Notes: a model not told the origin generated them from the sequence alone. Positions 39,061 to 47,587 are shown, counted from the stretch's first letter. The stretch: DNA of 64,000 nt from Candidatus Latescibacterota bacterium (GCA_965219995.1 CBDCOX010000002.1:4128001-4192000); one strand, 5' to 3'. A program made the numbers and translations.

Positions 39061-40137
39061 ATGGCTGAAATTCAAGACTTGAAAGAACCTGTTCCGGTAA
39101 CGATTATCAGCGGCTTTTTGGGAGCGGGCAAAACCTCCCTGCTCAACCATATTCTCAGCGCCGACCACGGGTTGCGCGTGGCGGTATTGGTCAACGATTT
39201 TGGAGAGATTAACATTGACGCCGCGTTAGTCTCTGGCGTCTCTGGGGAATCCACCATAAACCTTTCCAACGGGTGTATCTGTTGCTCGATTCGCAACGAC
39301 CTGCTTGAGGCAACGGTTCAACTGATTGAATGCCCAAACCCGCCGGAGTATATCGTCGTTGAAACAAGCGGCGTATCTGACCCTGTGGCGGTTTCACTGA
39401 CCTTTTTGGCTACCGAATTGCAGTCTCGGACGCGAGTGGACAGTGTGCTGACCGTGGTAGATGCGGAGCAGATTTACCTGGTGAACGAGGAGCATCGCAG
39501 ACTCGCAATAGACCAGATCACGATGGCAGATGTCCTGGTGCTAAACAAGCTTGACCTGGTCAATGATGAAAAGCGGGAGGAATTGGCGAACTTTGTCAGA
39601 GACCTCGTTCCGGGAGCGCGTATCCTTCAGGCTACATATGGTAAGATTCCGCTCGATCTGGCACTCGGTGTCGGGACATACGACCCCCAGCGCTTTTCGG
39701 GAAAATCGGGTTTGGACGTTCACATTCATGCTGACGGCGAGGCGCAAGAACACGACCATGCCGACCATACGCTTGTTTTCAATACGTGGTGCTATACGAC
39801 TGACAAACCTCTGTCACGTGGGGCCGTGCGTGACGCGGTGAAGAACTTACCCGCGACCATTTACCGCGCCAAAGGGTTTGTTTACCTCTCCGATGTTCCC
39901 GGTCGGAAGGGAATCGTCCACGTTGCCGGCAAACGGGCGCGTCTGATCATGGGTGAGCCGTGGGGCGACGAGAAACCGGGAACACAGTTGGTTTTTATCG
40001 GTGAGGCAGGTGGAATCGACGATTGCGAATTGCAATCGCGCTTTGATGCGTGCCAAACGGAAAAGGATACTCACCAGGACACATCGTTTGATGCGGCTTT
40101 TGAATTGCTTCGGGAGCTTGGGATTACAGCGAAATAA
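39061..40137 (+). CDS. COG0523/CobW-family G3E GTPase metallochaperone
   Basis: GFLGAGKTS, VNDFG, GCICC, ETSG, NKLD, His-containing linker, CobW_C RAKG...LVFIG. Confidence 0.92.
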   Translation: MAEIQDLKEPVPVTIISGFLGAGKTSLLNHILSADHGLRVAVLVNDFGEINIDAALVSGVSGESTINLSNGCICCSIRNDLLEATVQLIECPNPPEYIVVETSGVSDPVAVSLTFLATELQSRTRVDSVLTVVDAEQIYLVNEEHRRLAIDQITMADVLVLNKLDLVNDEKREELANFVRDLVPGARILQATYGKIPLDLALGVGTYDPQRFSGKSGLDVHIHADGEAQEHDHADHTLVFNTWCYTTDKPLSRGAVRDAVKNLPATIYRAKGFVYLSDVPGRKGIVHVAGKRARLIMGEPWGDEKPGTQLVFIGEAGGIDDCELQSRFDACQTEKDTHQDTSFDAAFELLRELGITAK

Positions 40138-40292
40138 ACCGAGTATGGCAAGACCGGCAACCAATACACAGATTCAAATGGAATCTTAACTCCATCAGAC
40201 AATTTCCAGCGGTGCGGTGACGCCTTCCCGTAAAAACTCTCATTGACGCGAGAACGTCATCTCCGTTTTTTCTAAGGGACAAGACACCGACG

Positions 40293-40328
40293 ACCCCTTC
40301 CCCCTTCCGTCAGGAAGGGGGAAGGGGT
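40293..40328. repeat. Perfect 16-bp hairpin (CCCCTTCC-type REP-like)
   Basis: ACCCCTTCCCCCTTCC-GTCA-GGAAGGGGGAAGGGGT. Confidence 0.7.
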
Positions 40329-40448
40329 TCTTTCTCGAAGGCGGTGAGGAGGGGAAAGAGACATTGATTCGGTTCCCGCCCGGAACCGGGTTCCAATGAG
40401 CGAGCGGATTGAAGGGGGCCTGGTGTACATTCTGGAGGTTGATATCAG

Positions 40449-41423
40449 ATGAAAGTCTTGTACCTGAACGTACCGAATATGCTGCAGCCGTGGTACGAAG
40501 ATTTCAGGACTGCGGTCGGCGAGGGGCATACGGTCTGCCTGTACGATCCGGCAAAACCCATGGCGCCGCAGTTTCAGGACGTGGAGGTGGTGGTGGACCA
40601 GGGGGGATCGGTGGGCACCCGGGCCCTGATCGACGCCGCGCTTTCAGCGCGCGTGAAGCTGTGGCAGGTGCTGGGCACGGGGGTGGACCACGTGGACGTG
40701 GCGTATTTCCTCGAGAACGGCCTCACGCTTGCCAATACGCCAGGCCTGTTCAGCGCGGTGGCGCTGGCGGAGCACGCGATGTTCCTGATGCTCCATTTCG
40801 CGAAGCGCTTCGACCAGCACGTCCGGAATATCCGGTCGAAGGCGTTTTACTTTCCACTGAGCGAGGAACTGGCGGGAAAGACGCTGGGTCTGGTGGGGCT
40901 GGGCGCGAGCGGGCAGGCGCTCGCGGCCAGGGCGAAGTCGATGGGGATGCGCATTGCGGCCGTCGACGCGGTGGAGATCCCGCGGGAAAAGCTGGACGAC
41001 CTGGGCGTGGAGGTGTTTGCGGCGCCGCCGGAACTTGAAACCGTGCTCGCGCAGGCGGACTACGTGTCGCTGCACGTGCCGCTGACGTCGAAGACGCGGC
41101 ACCTGATCGACCGGCGGGCGCTGGGGGCGATGAAGCCTTCGGCGGTGCTGATCAACGTGGCCAGGGGCGAAATCGCGGATGAGGCCGCGCTGGTCGATGC
41201 GTTGAGGAGCGGGCGCATCCGGGGTGCAGGGCTGGATGTGTTCGCGGAAGAGCCGTTGCCTCCCGACCATCCGTTCCTGCAACTGTCGAACGTGGTGGCC
41301 ACACCGCATACCGCCGGACAGACCTATGGCACGTCGAGGCGGCGAGGGGAGGCTTGCGCGGAGAACGTGGATCGGATCGCGCGGGGGCTGGAACCGCTGT
41401 ACCGGATTACAGGGGTGGGCTGA
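40449..41423 (+). CDS. D-isomer-specific 2-hydroxyacid dehydrogenase
   Basis: GVDHVD, GLGASG, INVARG, GAGLDVFAEEP, ATPHTAG. Confidence 0.92.
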   Translation: MKVLYLNVPNMLQPWYEDFRTAVGEGHTVCLYDPAKPMAPQFQDVEVVVDQGGSVGTRALIDAALSARVKLWQVLGTGVDHVDVAYFLENGLTLANTPGLFSAVALAEHAMFLMLHFAKRFDQHVRNIRSKAFYFPLSEELAGKTLGLVGLGASGQALAARAKSMGMRIAAVDAVEIPREKLDDLGVEVFAAPPELETVLAQADYVSLHVPLTSKTRHLIDRRALGAMKPSAVLINVARGEIADEAALVDALRSGRIRGAGLDVFAEEPLPPDHPFLQLSNVVATPHTAGQTYGTSRRRGEACAENVDRIARGLEPLYRITGVG

Positions 41424-41503
41424 GGTAGGCGAACGGGATGTTTACTCCGGTACCTGACCGTAATCGCAGCCACCCATACCTCCCGGTTTTTATGCAAATG
41501 GAC

Positions 41504-41533
41504 TTGACAAACCCTGGTGCCTTAATGTACTTT
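41504..41533 (+). promoter_or_regulatory. Putative sigma70 promoter
   Basis: TTGACA-18 bp-TACTTT upstream of 41570. Confidence 0.45.
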
Positions 41534-41569
41534 TTCGAGAGTTGCACAAATGAAAATTGAGGGGGAAAT

Positions 41570-42070
41570 ATGGCAGGTATCGCCTTTGCACCAACCGTGA
41601 TGGCATTCAATCCGGGTATGTTAAGCGTTGATATTCCTTGGGTTAGCGGGGAGATTAGAGAAAAAGCCGTCATGTCCTTTGTCAAAATTGTAGGTGAGAT
41701 GAACAGGGATACGAAGCGACATACCGCGTTCCTGAAAAACATCTACAATGAGGCGGTTGAGAATCCCGATAGACTAAAGCACCTGATGCCCTACGAAGAT
41801 ATAAACGCGTCCGTCGAGCATCTGGAAGAATCCGAGGAAAAGTTAAAGAAATGTCTGAAGACGTTCGTCCGGATTCTCAATAGCGCCGGGTCCGAAACTG
41901 ACAACAGGAAGGTAGACGCGCTAAGCACGTTGATAGAGTCCATTAAATCGTTGATCGGTGCGTGCCAGGACCTTCGATGGCATGTGATGATTCACGAGGC
42001 TCAGAACGAACCTGCGTCAGGAATCGTCTGTGAGTCGCCGGAGGAATATCTGAAAAAGCTGTGGGAATGA
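41570..42070 (+). CDS. Hypothetical protein, probable antitoxin
   Basis: GAGGGG RBS; predicted helical; C-terminus CESPEEYLKKLWE resembles the 'S.EE...L' tails of antitoxins that precede RelE-type toxins. Confidence 0.6.
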   Translation: MAGIAFAPTVMAFNPGMLSVDIPWVSGEIREKAVMSFVKIVGEMNRDTKRHTAFLKNIYNEAVENPDRLKHLMPYEDINASVEHLEESEEKLKKCLKTFVRILNSAGSETDNRKVDALSTLIESIKSLIGACQDLRWHVMIHEAQNEPASGIVCESPEEYLKKLWE

Positions 42071-42074
42071 TGGA

Positions 42075-42238
42075 ATGGCGAACCACCAGCATTTGCCGAT
42101 CAGATTGGAAGAGCCAGGCAGGAGGTTCGTCAGACAAGCCCGCAAGTTGCCATAAAAATCCTCGACGCCGGGATAGGCCGCCTTCTCATTGTCGGGAAAC
42201 ATGATGTCGTTTACGAATCACTGAATCGCTCCAGGTAA
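42075..42238 (+). pseudogene. RelE/YafQ-like toxin pseudogene with internal deletion and frameshift
   Basis: MANHQHLPIRLEEPGRRFVRQARKLP* (42075-42155), then in another frame KILDAGIGRLLIVGKHDVVYESLNRSR* (42155-42238), matching the RelE C-terminal LLxVGxHD..Y motif. Confidence 0.6.
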
Positions 42239-42413
42239 ACCCCACCCCGAGTTCAACGCTCCGTTGTTGGCAGACGCCCCCTGCGGGACTCCCGATCGTC
42301 GTCCCTGCACGACGGTTGTCCGCTCCGAGCCGATCCCCGATAGAACCCAGCCCCCAGCATTCTGCGAGCATCGCGTCTACGCTACACTGTGGGGCACGTA
42401 CCAACGCAATACT

Positions 42414-42448
42414 GCACATTTGCACAGTTGCATGCAATGTGTTATATT
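42414..42448 (+). promoter_or_regulatory. Sigma70 promoter with overlapping imperfect palindrome (putative operator)
   Basis: TTGCAC (42420-42425)-17 bp-TATATT (42443-42448) with extended TG; CACATTTGCA...TGCAATGTG inverted repeat over the -35 and spacer. Confidence 0.6.
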
Positions 42449-42477
42449 AATGTGAGTGTACGTGGCGGGAGCGAAAT

Positions 42478-42729
42478 ATGTCGGAAAAGGAACACGACTA
42501 CATCAAGGAAGCGGCGAGCATGTCGATTCCGGCGACTGCGGTGGATCTGGCATCGAATCGGGCGATTGGTGAGCGCATCACCGAGTTGACACAAGTAATC
42601 GATCCCTATTCATCTGTTATGGACACGATCTTCCGCGCCGGGAGCATCACGCACGCCATTCGACAAATTGGTCATCTGGTTCTGACACCGGAAGGACAGT
42701 GTGTGTTGACCGTACGTGCAGGACACTAG
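42478..42729 (+). CDS. Hypothetical protein (83 aa), first gene of the putative Ubl operon
   Basis: GGGAG RBS, directly after the promoter; no motif recognised. Confidence 0.5.
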   Translation: MSEKEHDYIKEAASMSIPATAVDLASNRAIGERITELTQVIDPYSSVMDTIFRAGSITHAIRQIGHLVLTPEGQCVLTVRAGH

Positions 42730-42773
42730 AAGGCAAAACAGAAACGCAGTTAGAGATATAGGAGGAATTCAAC

Positions 42774-43067
42774 ATGGTGCAAGAACCTGGAAACGGCGAT
42801 GGACCCATCGGACCGACGGGGATCGTAAAGGAACTGACCATCTACATCAATGCTCGGTCGGCGCTGTGGGACAAACCGACCATTAGCTTTGCACAAGTTG
42901 TCGAACAGTGGAACAAAATCGATCCAGATCGACGCGTGATAGGTGATCTTCCGGGCATTGACTGGACGGCGAAGGACGGAACGAAGGGGATTTTCTATCC
43001 GTCCGATAACCCAATGGACGTGGTTGATGAACTGTCGTTCACGATTGACGACTCGTATCTCGCGTAG
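42774..43067 (+). CDS. Multi-ubiquitin-domain (beta-grasp) ubiquitin-like protein
   Basis: ELTIYINAR...W.KPTISFAQVV...G......M.V.D.LSFTI matches the Multi_ubiq pattern (I.VNG...W....ISYEQVV...V.DGM.F.V); AGGAGG RBS. Confidence 0.7.
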   Translation: MVQEPGNGDGPIGPTGIVKELTIYINARSALWDKPTISFAQVVEQWNKIDPDRRVIGDLPGIDWTAKDGTKGIFYPSDNPMDVVDELSFTIDDSYLA

Positions 43068-43075
43068 GGAAGACT

Positions 43076-44212
43076 GTGTCAGAACATGAGTCACGGGCTC
43101 GTTATGAAGCGGAGCGGCGCGAATGGAAAATCGAGCGTCGAGACTTAGAAATAGGTGCATTGGGAGTACCATGTTTTGTCGCACCGAATGTCGCAGGCGA
43201 ATGTCACATCTGGGTAGGGACTGCATCTGACTCGGACCAACTCGAAGCGAACCATGAATGGCAGCAAGGCGCTTTGCACGCGGCCATAATCCGAGGTCTT
43301 TCCGACGGCAGATTGTACGACCGATCTGGCACGGAGTTGACAGATGGGGTAATTGGAAGATCCCCTTCCAGCCTCAGTCTATCGATCAAGCTGACAGGCC
43401 GCGACTATGAGGATGCATGGGAGGCATTAAACAATTACGTCAAGCAGATATACGCGCTGTTCCTTGGCGGATCCGCATCGAGCGGGGAAGCGGCTCCACG
43501 CCCATATACATTCGATGTGCCTGGTGACCATCTGCCGGAAGCAGTCGAGTGGAGGGCTCTGGTAGCTCAAGAGCGTGTGGCGATTGTCGGACTTGGCGGT
43601 GTCGGCGCATGGATAGCAGACTCGGTTGTCAAGGCGGATCCTCGTGAGGTTTATGGTTGGGACTACGACTGCATAGAGCCCAAAAACATACTTCGCATGC
43701 CAGGTGGACTCGATCCGAACGTCTGGATCGGTAGGCCAAAGACCGAGTGGTTCCAAGAGACCTACTCCATAATACACAAGAACGTACATGGCCATAATGT
43801 AAAGGTACTCGCCGAAAACGTCCAAGACGTCGTTGATAGAACCACTTTCGCCTTCGTAGCCGTGGACGATGCGGACGCCCGGATGATGGTATGCGACGCG
43901 CTGGCCAACGCCAGAATCCCGTTCGTCGTGGCAGGACTCTCATTATTGCGTATTGACAAGAGAGTCAAGGTTTCCATGCGGATAGTAACCGCCCATGTCG
44001 GTGTGTCCTCTTGGAGAGAGGCTATCCCTCAAGTTGGCCGGGCGGGACAGGACGACTACGGCAGCCTTGACTTGCCCGACGTCTACTCAATGGCTGCGGG
44101 TTGGGCGATTCAGTCGTGGCGAAAGATGCGCGGCCAATTCTGGCAGGAGAAAAGCGAAGAGTGCCTAGTCTATCGTGCTCGTGAGCAGTCTCTCATATTG
44201 AGAGAGGTCTAA
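43076..44212 (+). CDS. ThiF/E1-like adenylyltransferase with N-terminal DUF6791-like domain
   Basis: RVAIVGLGGVG, DYDCIEPKNILR, FVAVDD...R; N-terminal LSIKL.GRDY.D....LNNY and C-terminal AIQSWRKMRGQF resemble DUF6791-ThiF proteins; GTG start with GGGA RBS. Confidence 0.8.
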   Translation: MSEHESRARYEAERREWKIERRDLEIGALGVPCFVAPNVAGECHIWVGTASDSDQLEANHEWQQGALHAAIIRGLSDGRLYDRSGTELTDGVIGRSPSSLSLSIKLTGRDYEDAWEALNNYVKQIYALFLGGSASSGEAAPRPYTFDVPGDHLPEAVEWRALVAQERVAIVGLGGVGAWIADSVVKADPREVYGWDYDCIEPKNILRMPGGLDPNVWIGRPKTEWFQETYSIIHKNVHGHNVKVLAENVQDVVDRTTFAFVAVDDADARMMVCDALANARIPFVVAGLSLLRIDKRVKVSMRIVTAHVGVSSWREAIPQVGRAGQDDYGSLDLPDVYSMAAGWAIQSWRKMRGQFWQEKSEECLVYRAREQSLILREV

Positions 44213-44288
44213 AGTGTTCTCTTGTAGATGGAGGAAGGCAGGAAAACGTGATTCTCATCCTAACTATGTTTTTAGGAACCGAGAGTCA

Positions 44289-44609
44289 ATGGTACTGAAG
44301 CCAGTGTTTGTTGAAACAATCCCGCAAATACCCGAAATGGAAGAGGGGACGCTTTACGTCAGCATGAGGTTCGCCGTCCTTTCCCACTTTTGTCCATGCG
44401 GGTGTGGTCGTCTAGTCGACGTGACGCTGGATCCTACGACTCGTAGTCTGACCTACGATGGCGAGTATCTGACTTTAGAACCTTCAATCGGGGTCAAGTT
44501 CCCGTGTAGAAGCCATTACTCGATTATTCGGAATGAGATCATCTGGTACCCGCCAATCTCGGAATCGCAAGTCAGTTGGTACAAACGTGTATGGGAGAGA
44601 TGGAGGTAG
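44289..44609 (+). CDS. DUF6527 family protein (Cys/His-rich)
   Basis: FVETIP...EEGTLYVS...HFCPCGCG...LTYDGE.LTLEPSIG..FPCRSHY.I..NEI.W. Confidence 0.85.
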   Translation: MVLKPVFVETIPQIPEMEEGTLYVSMRFAVLSHFCPCGCGRLVDVTLDPTTRSLTYDGEYLTLEPSIGVKFPCRSHYSIIRNEIIWYPPISESQVSWYKRVWERWR

Positions 44610-44707
44610 CCAAGAGTCTCTCTCGCTCTCATTTTCCGCCTGTTATAGTCAGGACTCCGCTGCTCTCGCTTTGTGTCCACTTAGCACCTAAATCCGGTAG
44701 CAAACCT

Positions 44708-45772
44708 ATGTCTCTGAATGAAAACCTGCGAAAAGCCAGGCGGCAAAAGATCGACGAGTTCTACACACAGCTTTCCGACATCGAGAACGAGCTGCGCCAC
44801 TACGCCGGACTCTTCCAAGGCAAGGTCGTATACTGCAATTGCGACGATCCCCGTGTCTCCAACTTTTTCCACTTCTTCTCGTACAACTTCGAGCGCCTGG
44901 GACTGAAGCGACTCATTACCGCCTGCTACAAGAACCAGGAACGCGATCTGTTCAGCCGTCACGATTCGGAGCGGGCGATTTGGCTCGAATACCAGGGGAG
45001 CGCGAAGGGTGCCAGGGAGCCTGACGTTGGGGATATTGGAATTCGTGAGTTTGAAGGAGACGGGGATTTCCGCAGTGCGGAATGCATCGAGCTTCTGAAG
45101 CAAGCGGACATCGTAGTGACCAACCCGCCGTTTTCGCTGTTCCGCGAATACGTCGCCCAACTGGTGCAATACGGCAAGAAGTTCCTGATCATCGGGAGTC
45201 AAAACGCCATCACGTACAAGGAGGTTTTCCCTCTAATCAAGGACAATAAGATGTGGCTTGGTGTCACCCCGAAAGGCCAAGATATGCTATTCGACGTGCC
45301 AGAGGACTACGCGAAGGAACTGGTGGCGACCGCAAAGGAGGGGAGCGCATACAGAGTCGTCGACGGGGTTATCAAAGGTCGGTTGGGTAACGCGGCCTGG
45401 TTCACCAATCTAGACCATAAGAAGCGCCATGAGGAATTGATCCTCTACAAACGCTACTCGCCGGAGGAATACCCGGCCTACGACAATTACAATGCGATCA
45501 ACGTGGACAAGGTCGCGGAGATCCCTATGGATTGGGACGGAGCGATGGGGGTGCCGGTCACGTTTCTGAACAAGCACAATCCAGAGCAGTTTGAGATCAT
45601 CGGGCTAACGGCAAGCGCCGACCGCTACGGCCTGAAAACGAAAAAATACACCGTGGCAGATGCTCCAAACTATAGCTATCTGAATAGCCGAGAAGGGGGG
45701 GTCATGAGGATGGGAAGCCGATATACGAGCACCTATAGGCGCCTTCTGGTTAAGAAAGTCCCGCCGCAATGA
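44708..45772 (+). CDS. Adenine-specific DNA methyltransferase, EcoRI-methylase family
   Basis: DEFYTQL, VYCNCDDP, GDGDFRS.EC, motif IV TNPPFSLFREY, WFTNL, MGVPVTFL. Confidence 0.92.
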   Translation: MSLNENLRKARRQKIDEFYTQLSDIENELRHYAGLFQGKVVYCNCDDPRVSNFFHFFSYNFERLGLKRLITACYKNQERDLFSRHDSERAIWLEYQGSAKGAREPDVGDIGIREFEGDGDFRSAECIELLKQADIVVTNPPFSLFREYVAQLVQYGKKFLIIGSQNAITYKEVFPLIKDNKMWLGVTPKGQDMLFDVPEDYAKELVATAKEGSAYRVVDGVIKGRLGNAAWFTNLDHKKRHEELILYKRYSPEEYPAYDNYNAINVDKVAEIPMDWDGAMGVPVTFLNKHNPEQFEIIGLTASADRYGLKTKKYTVADAPNYSYLNSREGGVMRMGSRYTSTYRRLLVKKVPPQ

Positions 45773-46863
45773 AAATTGACCTGAACGAGATCACGATCCG
45801 CGACCTTGTGGAGGACTACCATGACGACGGCGAAGGCGGGGTGCGCGGCTATGGCGGCAAGCTCGACATCCGACCGTCGTTTCAGCGCGAGTTCGTCTAC
45901 AGGGACAAGCAGCGCGATGCGGTGATCGAGACGATCAATAAAGGCTTTCCACTCAATGTGATGTATTGGGCCGTGCGCCATGACGGAACGTATGAGGTCA
46001 TCGACGGCCAGCAGCGCACGATCTCTGCGGCGCAGTACGTGGAAGGCGACTACTCCCTTGACGGAAGGTATTTCCACAACCTGCAAGACGACGAGCGGGA
46101 GAAGATTCTCAATTACGAATTGCAGGTTTACGTCTGCGATGGAACCGATAGCGAAAAACTGGCTTGGTTCAGGATCATCAACATTGCAGGGGAGAAGCTG
46201 ACTGACCAGGAGTTGCGGAACGCGGTCTATGCCGGAACGTGGGTGTCCGACGCAAAGCGGCATTTCAGCCGGAAGGGGGCTGCCTGCCCAGCGTATGCGA
46301 TTGGTAGCCGGTATCTGAATGGCAGAGCGGAGCGCCAGGAGTACCTCGAAACAGCCATCCAATGGATCAAGGACGAGGGCCAGACAGTCGAGGACTACAT
46401 GGCCGCCCATCAGCCTGACAAGACCGCAACCGCCTTGTGGAGTCACTTTCAGGCGGTCATCAACCGTGTTAAAGCGGTCTTCCCGAAGTATCGCAAGTTC
46501 ATGAAGGGCGTGGATTGGGGAGGGCTTTACAGGCAACTCAAAGACGAAAGCCTGGATCCGGAAGCGCTTGAAATCGACGTTGCCCGCCTGATGATGGACG
46601 ACGATGTCACAAGGAAGGCGGGCATCTACCCGTATCTCCTCACCGGTGAGGAAAAGCATCTCAACATTCGCGCCTTCTCCAACGCCATGAAGCAGAGGGC
46701 GTTCGAAATGCAAAACGGCGTCTGCAAGTCATGCGGGGAGGCGTTTGAGATATCGGAAATGGAGGCCGACCACATCAAACCTTGGTCGGAGGGCGGCAAG
46801 ACTGACGAACAGAATTGCCAAATGCTTTGCAAGCCGTGCAATCGCAGAAAATCCAATAAATGA
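45769..46863 (+). CDS. DUF262 (ParB/Srx-like, GmrS-type) domain fused to an HNH endonuclease
   Basis: PSFQREFVY, VIDGQQR, WF.IIN; C-terminal CKSC...ADHIKPWSEGGKT...NCQMLCKPCN; ATGA overlap with the MTase. Confidence 0.9.
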   Translation: MKIDLNEITIRDLVEDYHDDGEGGVRGYGGKLDIRPSFQREFVYRDKQRDAVIETINKGFPLNVMYWAVRHDGTYEVIDGQQRTISAAQYVEGDYSLDGRYFHNLQDDEREKILNYELQVYVCDGTDSEKLAWFRIINIAGEKLTDQELRNAVYAGTWVSDAKRHFSRKGAACPAYAIGSRYLNGRAERQEYLETAIQWIKDEGQTVEDYMAAHQPDKTATALWSHFQAVINRVKAVFPKYRKFMKGVDWGGLYRQLKDESLDPEALEIDVARLMMDDDVTRKAGIYPYLLTGEEKHLNIRAFSNAMKQRAFEMQNGVCKSCGEAFEISEMEADHIKPWSEGGKTDEQNCQMLCKPCNRRKSNK

Positions 46864-46948
46864 GCACATTCGGATGGGGCTTATATACTTAACTTGATAC
46901 GCCTATTGTGGACATCAAGGTACGCCTGAATAATACCGATCTGTACCA

Positions 46949-46983
46949 AATAAGGCCCCTCGTGGTGTGTGAGGGGCCTTATT
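46949..46983. terminator. Probable bidirectional terminator hairpin
   Basis: 13-bp stem AATAAGGCCCCTC / GAGGGGCCTTATT between convergent genes. Confidence 0.7.
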
Positions 46984-47083
46984 CCGGCAGGTCTGGTCGC
47001 GTGGGGTCGCTTACATCTCTCAGGAAGATATCTCATAGCGAAGGGTAAACCATGCTGATCTGCCAAGATATCCGGTCTGTATG

Positions 47084-47587
47084 TCAGTGGATTCTTGCAC
47101 TAATTTTGAATCTCTTGACGACCTCTTTGGTGATTTTGCTGGCGAGGGAACCTTCTGTTCCGAGGCCTTTGAAAGCCCAATCGGTTTTGTAATTGCATGT
47201 CCAGATGATGCCACCAGATCTACTAACCAACTTGACGTCGATATTCATGTTTTTTCCGGTGAACCAGTTGCCGTATCTTCGGATAGAGCCTGTTATCACG
47301 GCGTCTGTCTTGGAGATATCGAATATTTCCTTGGGCGATGGGGTACTTTTCTTGGTGTAGATCTGTGCCGAATCGGAGACCTCGAAAATTCCTAGTTGGA
47401 GCAATGCAGTTACCGTTCTGTTCGAAAGCTCGTTACCCAATCCGGGTTTGTTGCTCTCGAAGGGGATGACGACGATTTCTCTGAGGTCTCGAAGATTTGT
47501 CCGTGGCTTTAGCCATACTGTTCCTTTTGCGCAGCTTGTGGCGAACAGGGCCAGCAGAGCGTATAGCAGGATTCTGGAGCTGTGCAA
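47084..47587 (-). CDS. Hypothetical lipoprotein (CsgG/TolB-N-like fold possible)
   Basis: TTG start after AGGAGG; signal peptide ending FATSC; IVVIPFES, DAVITGSI, IIW. Confidence 0.65.
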   Translation of the reverse strand: MHSSRILLYALLALFATSCAKGTVWLKPRTNLRDLREIVVIPFESNKPGLGNELSNRTVTALLQLGIFEVSDSAQIYTKKSTPSPKEIFDISKTDAVITGSIRRYGNWFTGKNMNIDVKLVSRSGGIIWTCNYKTDWAFKGLGTEGSLASKITKEVVKRFKISARIH

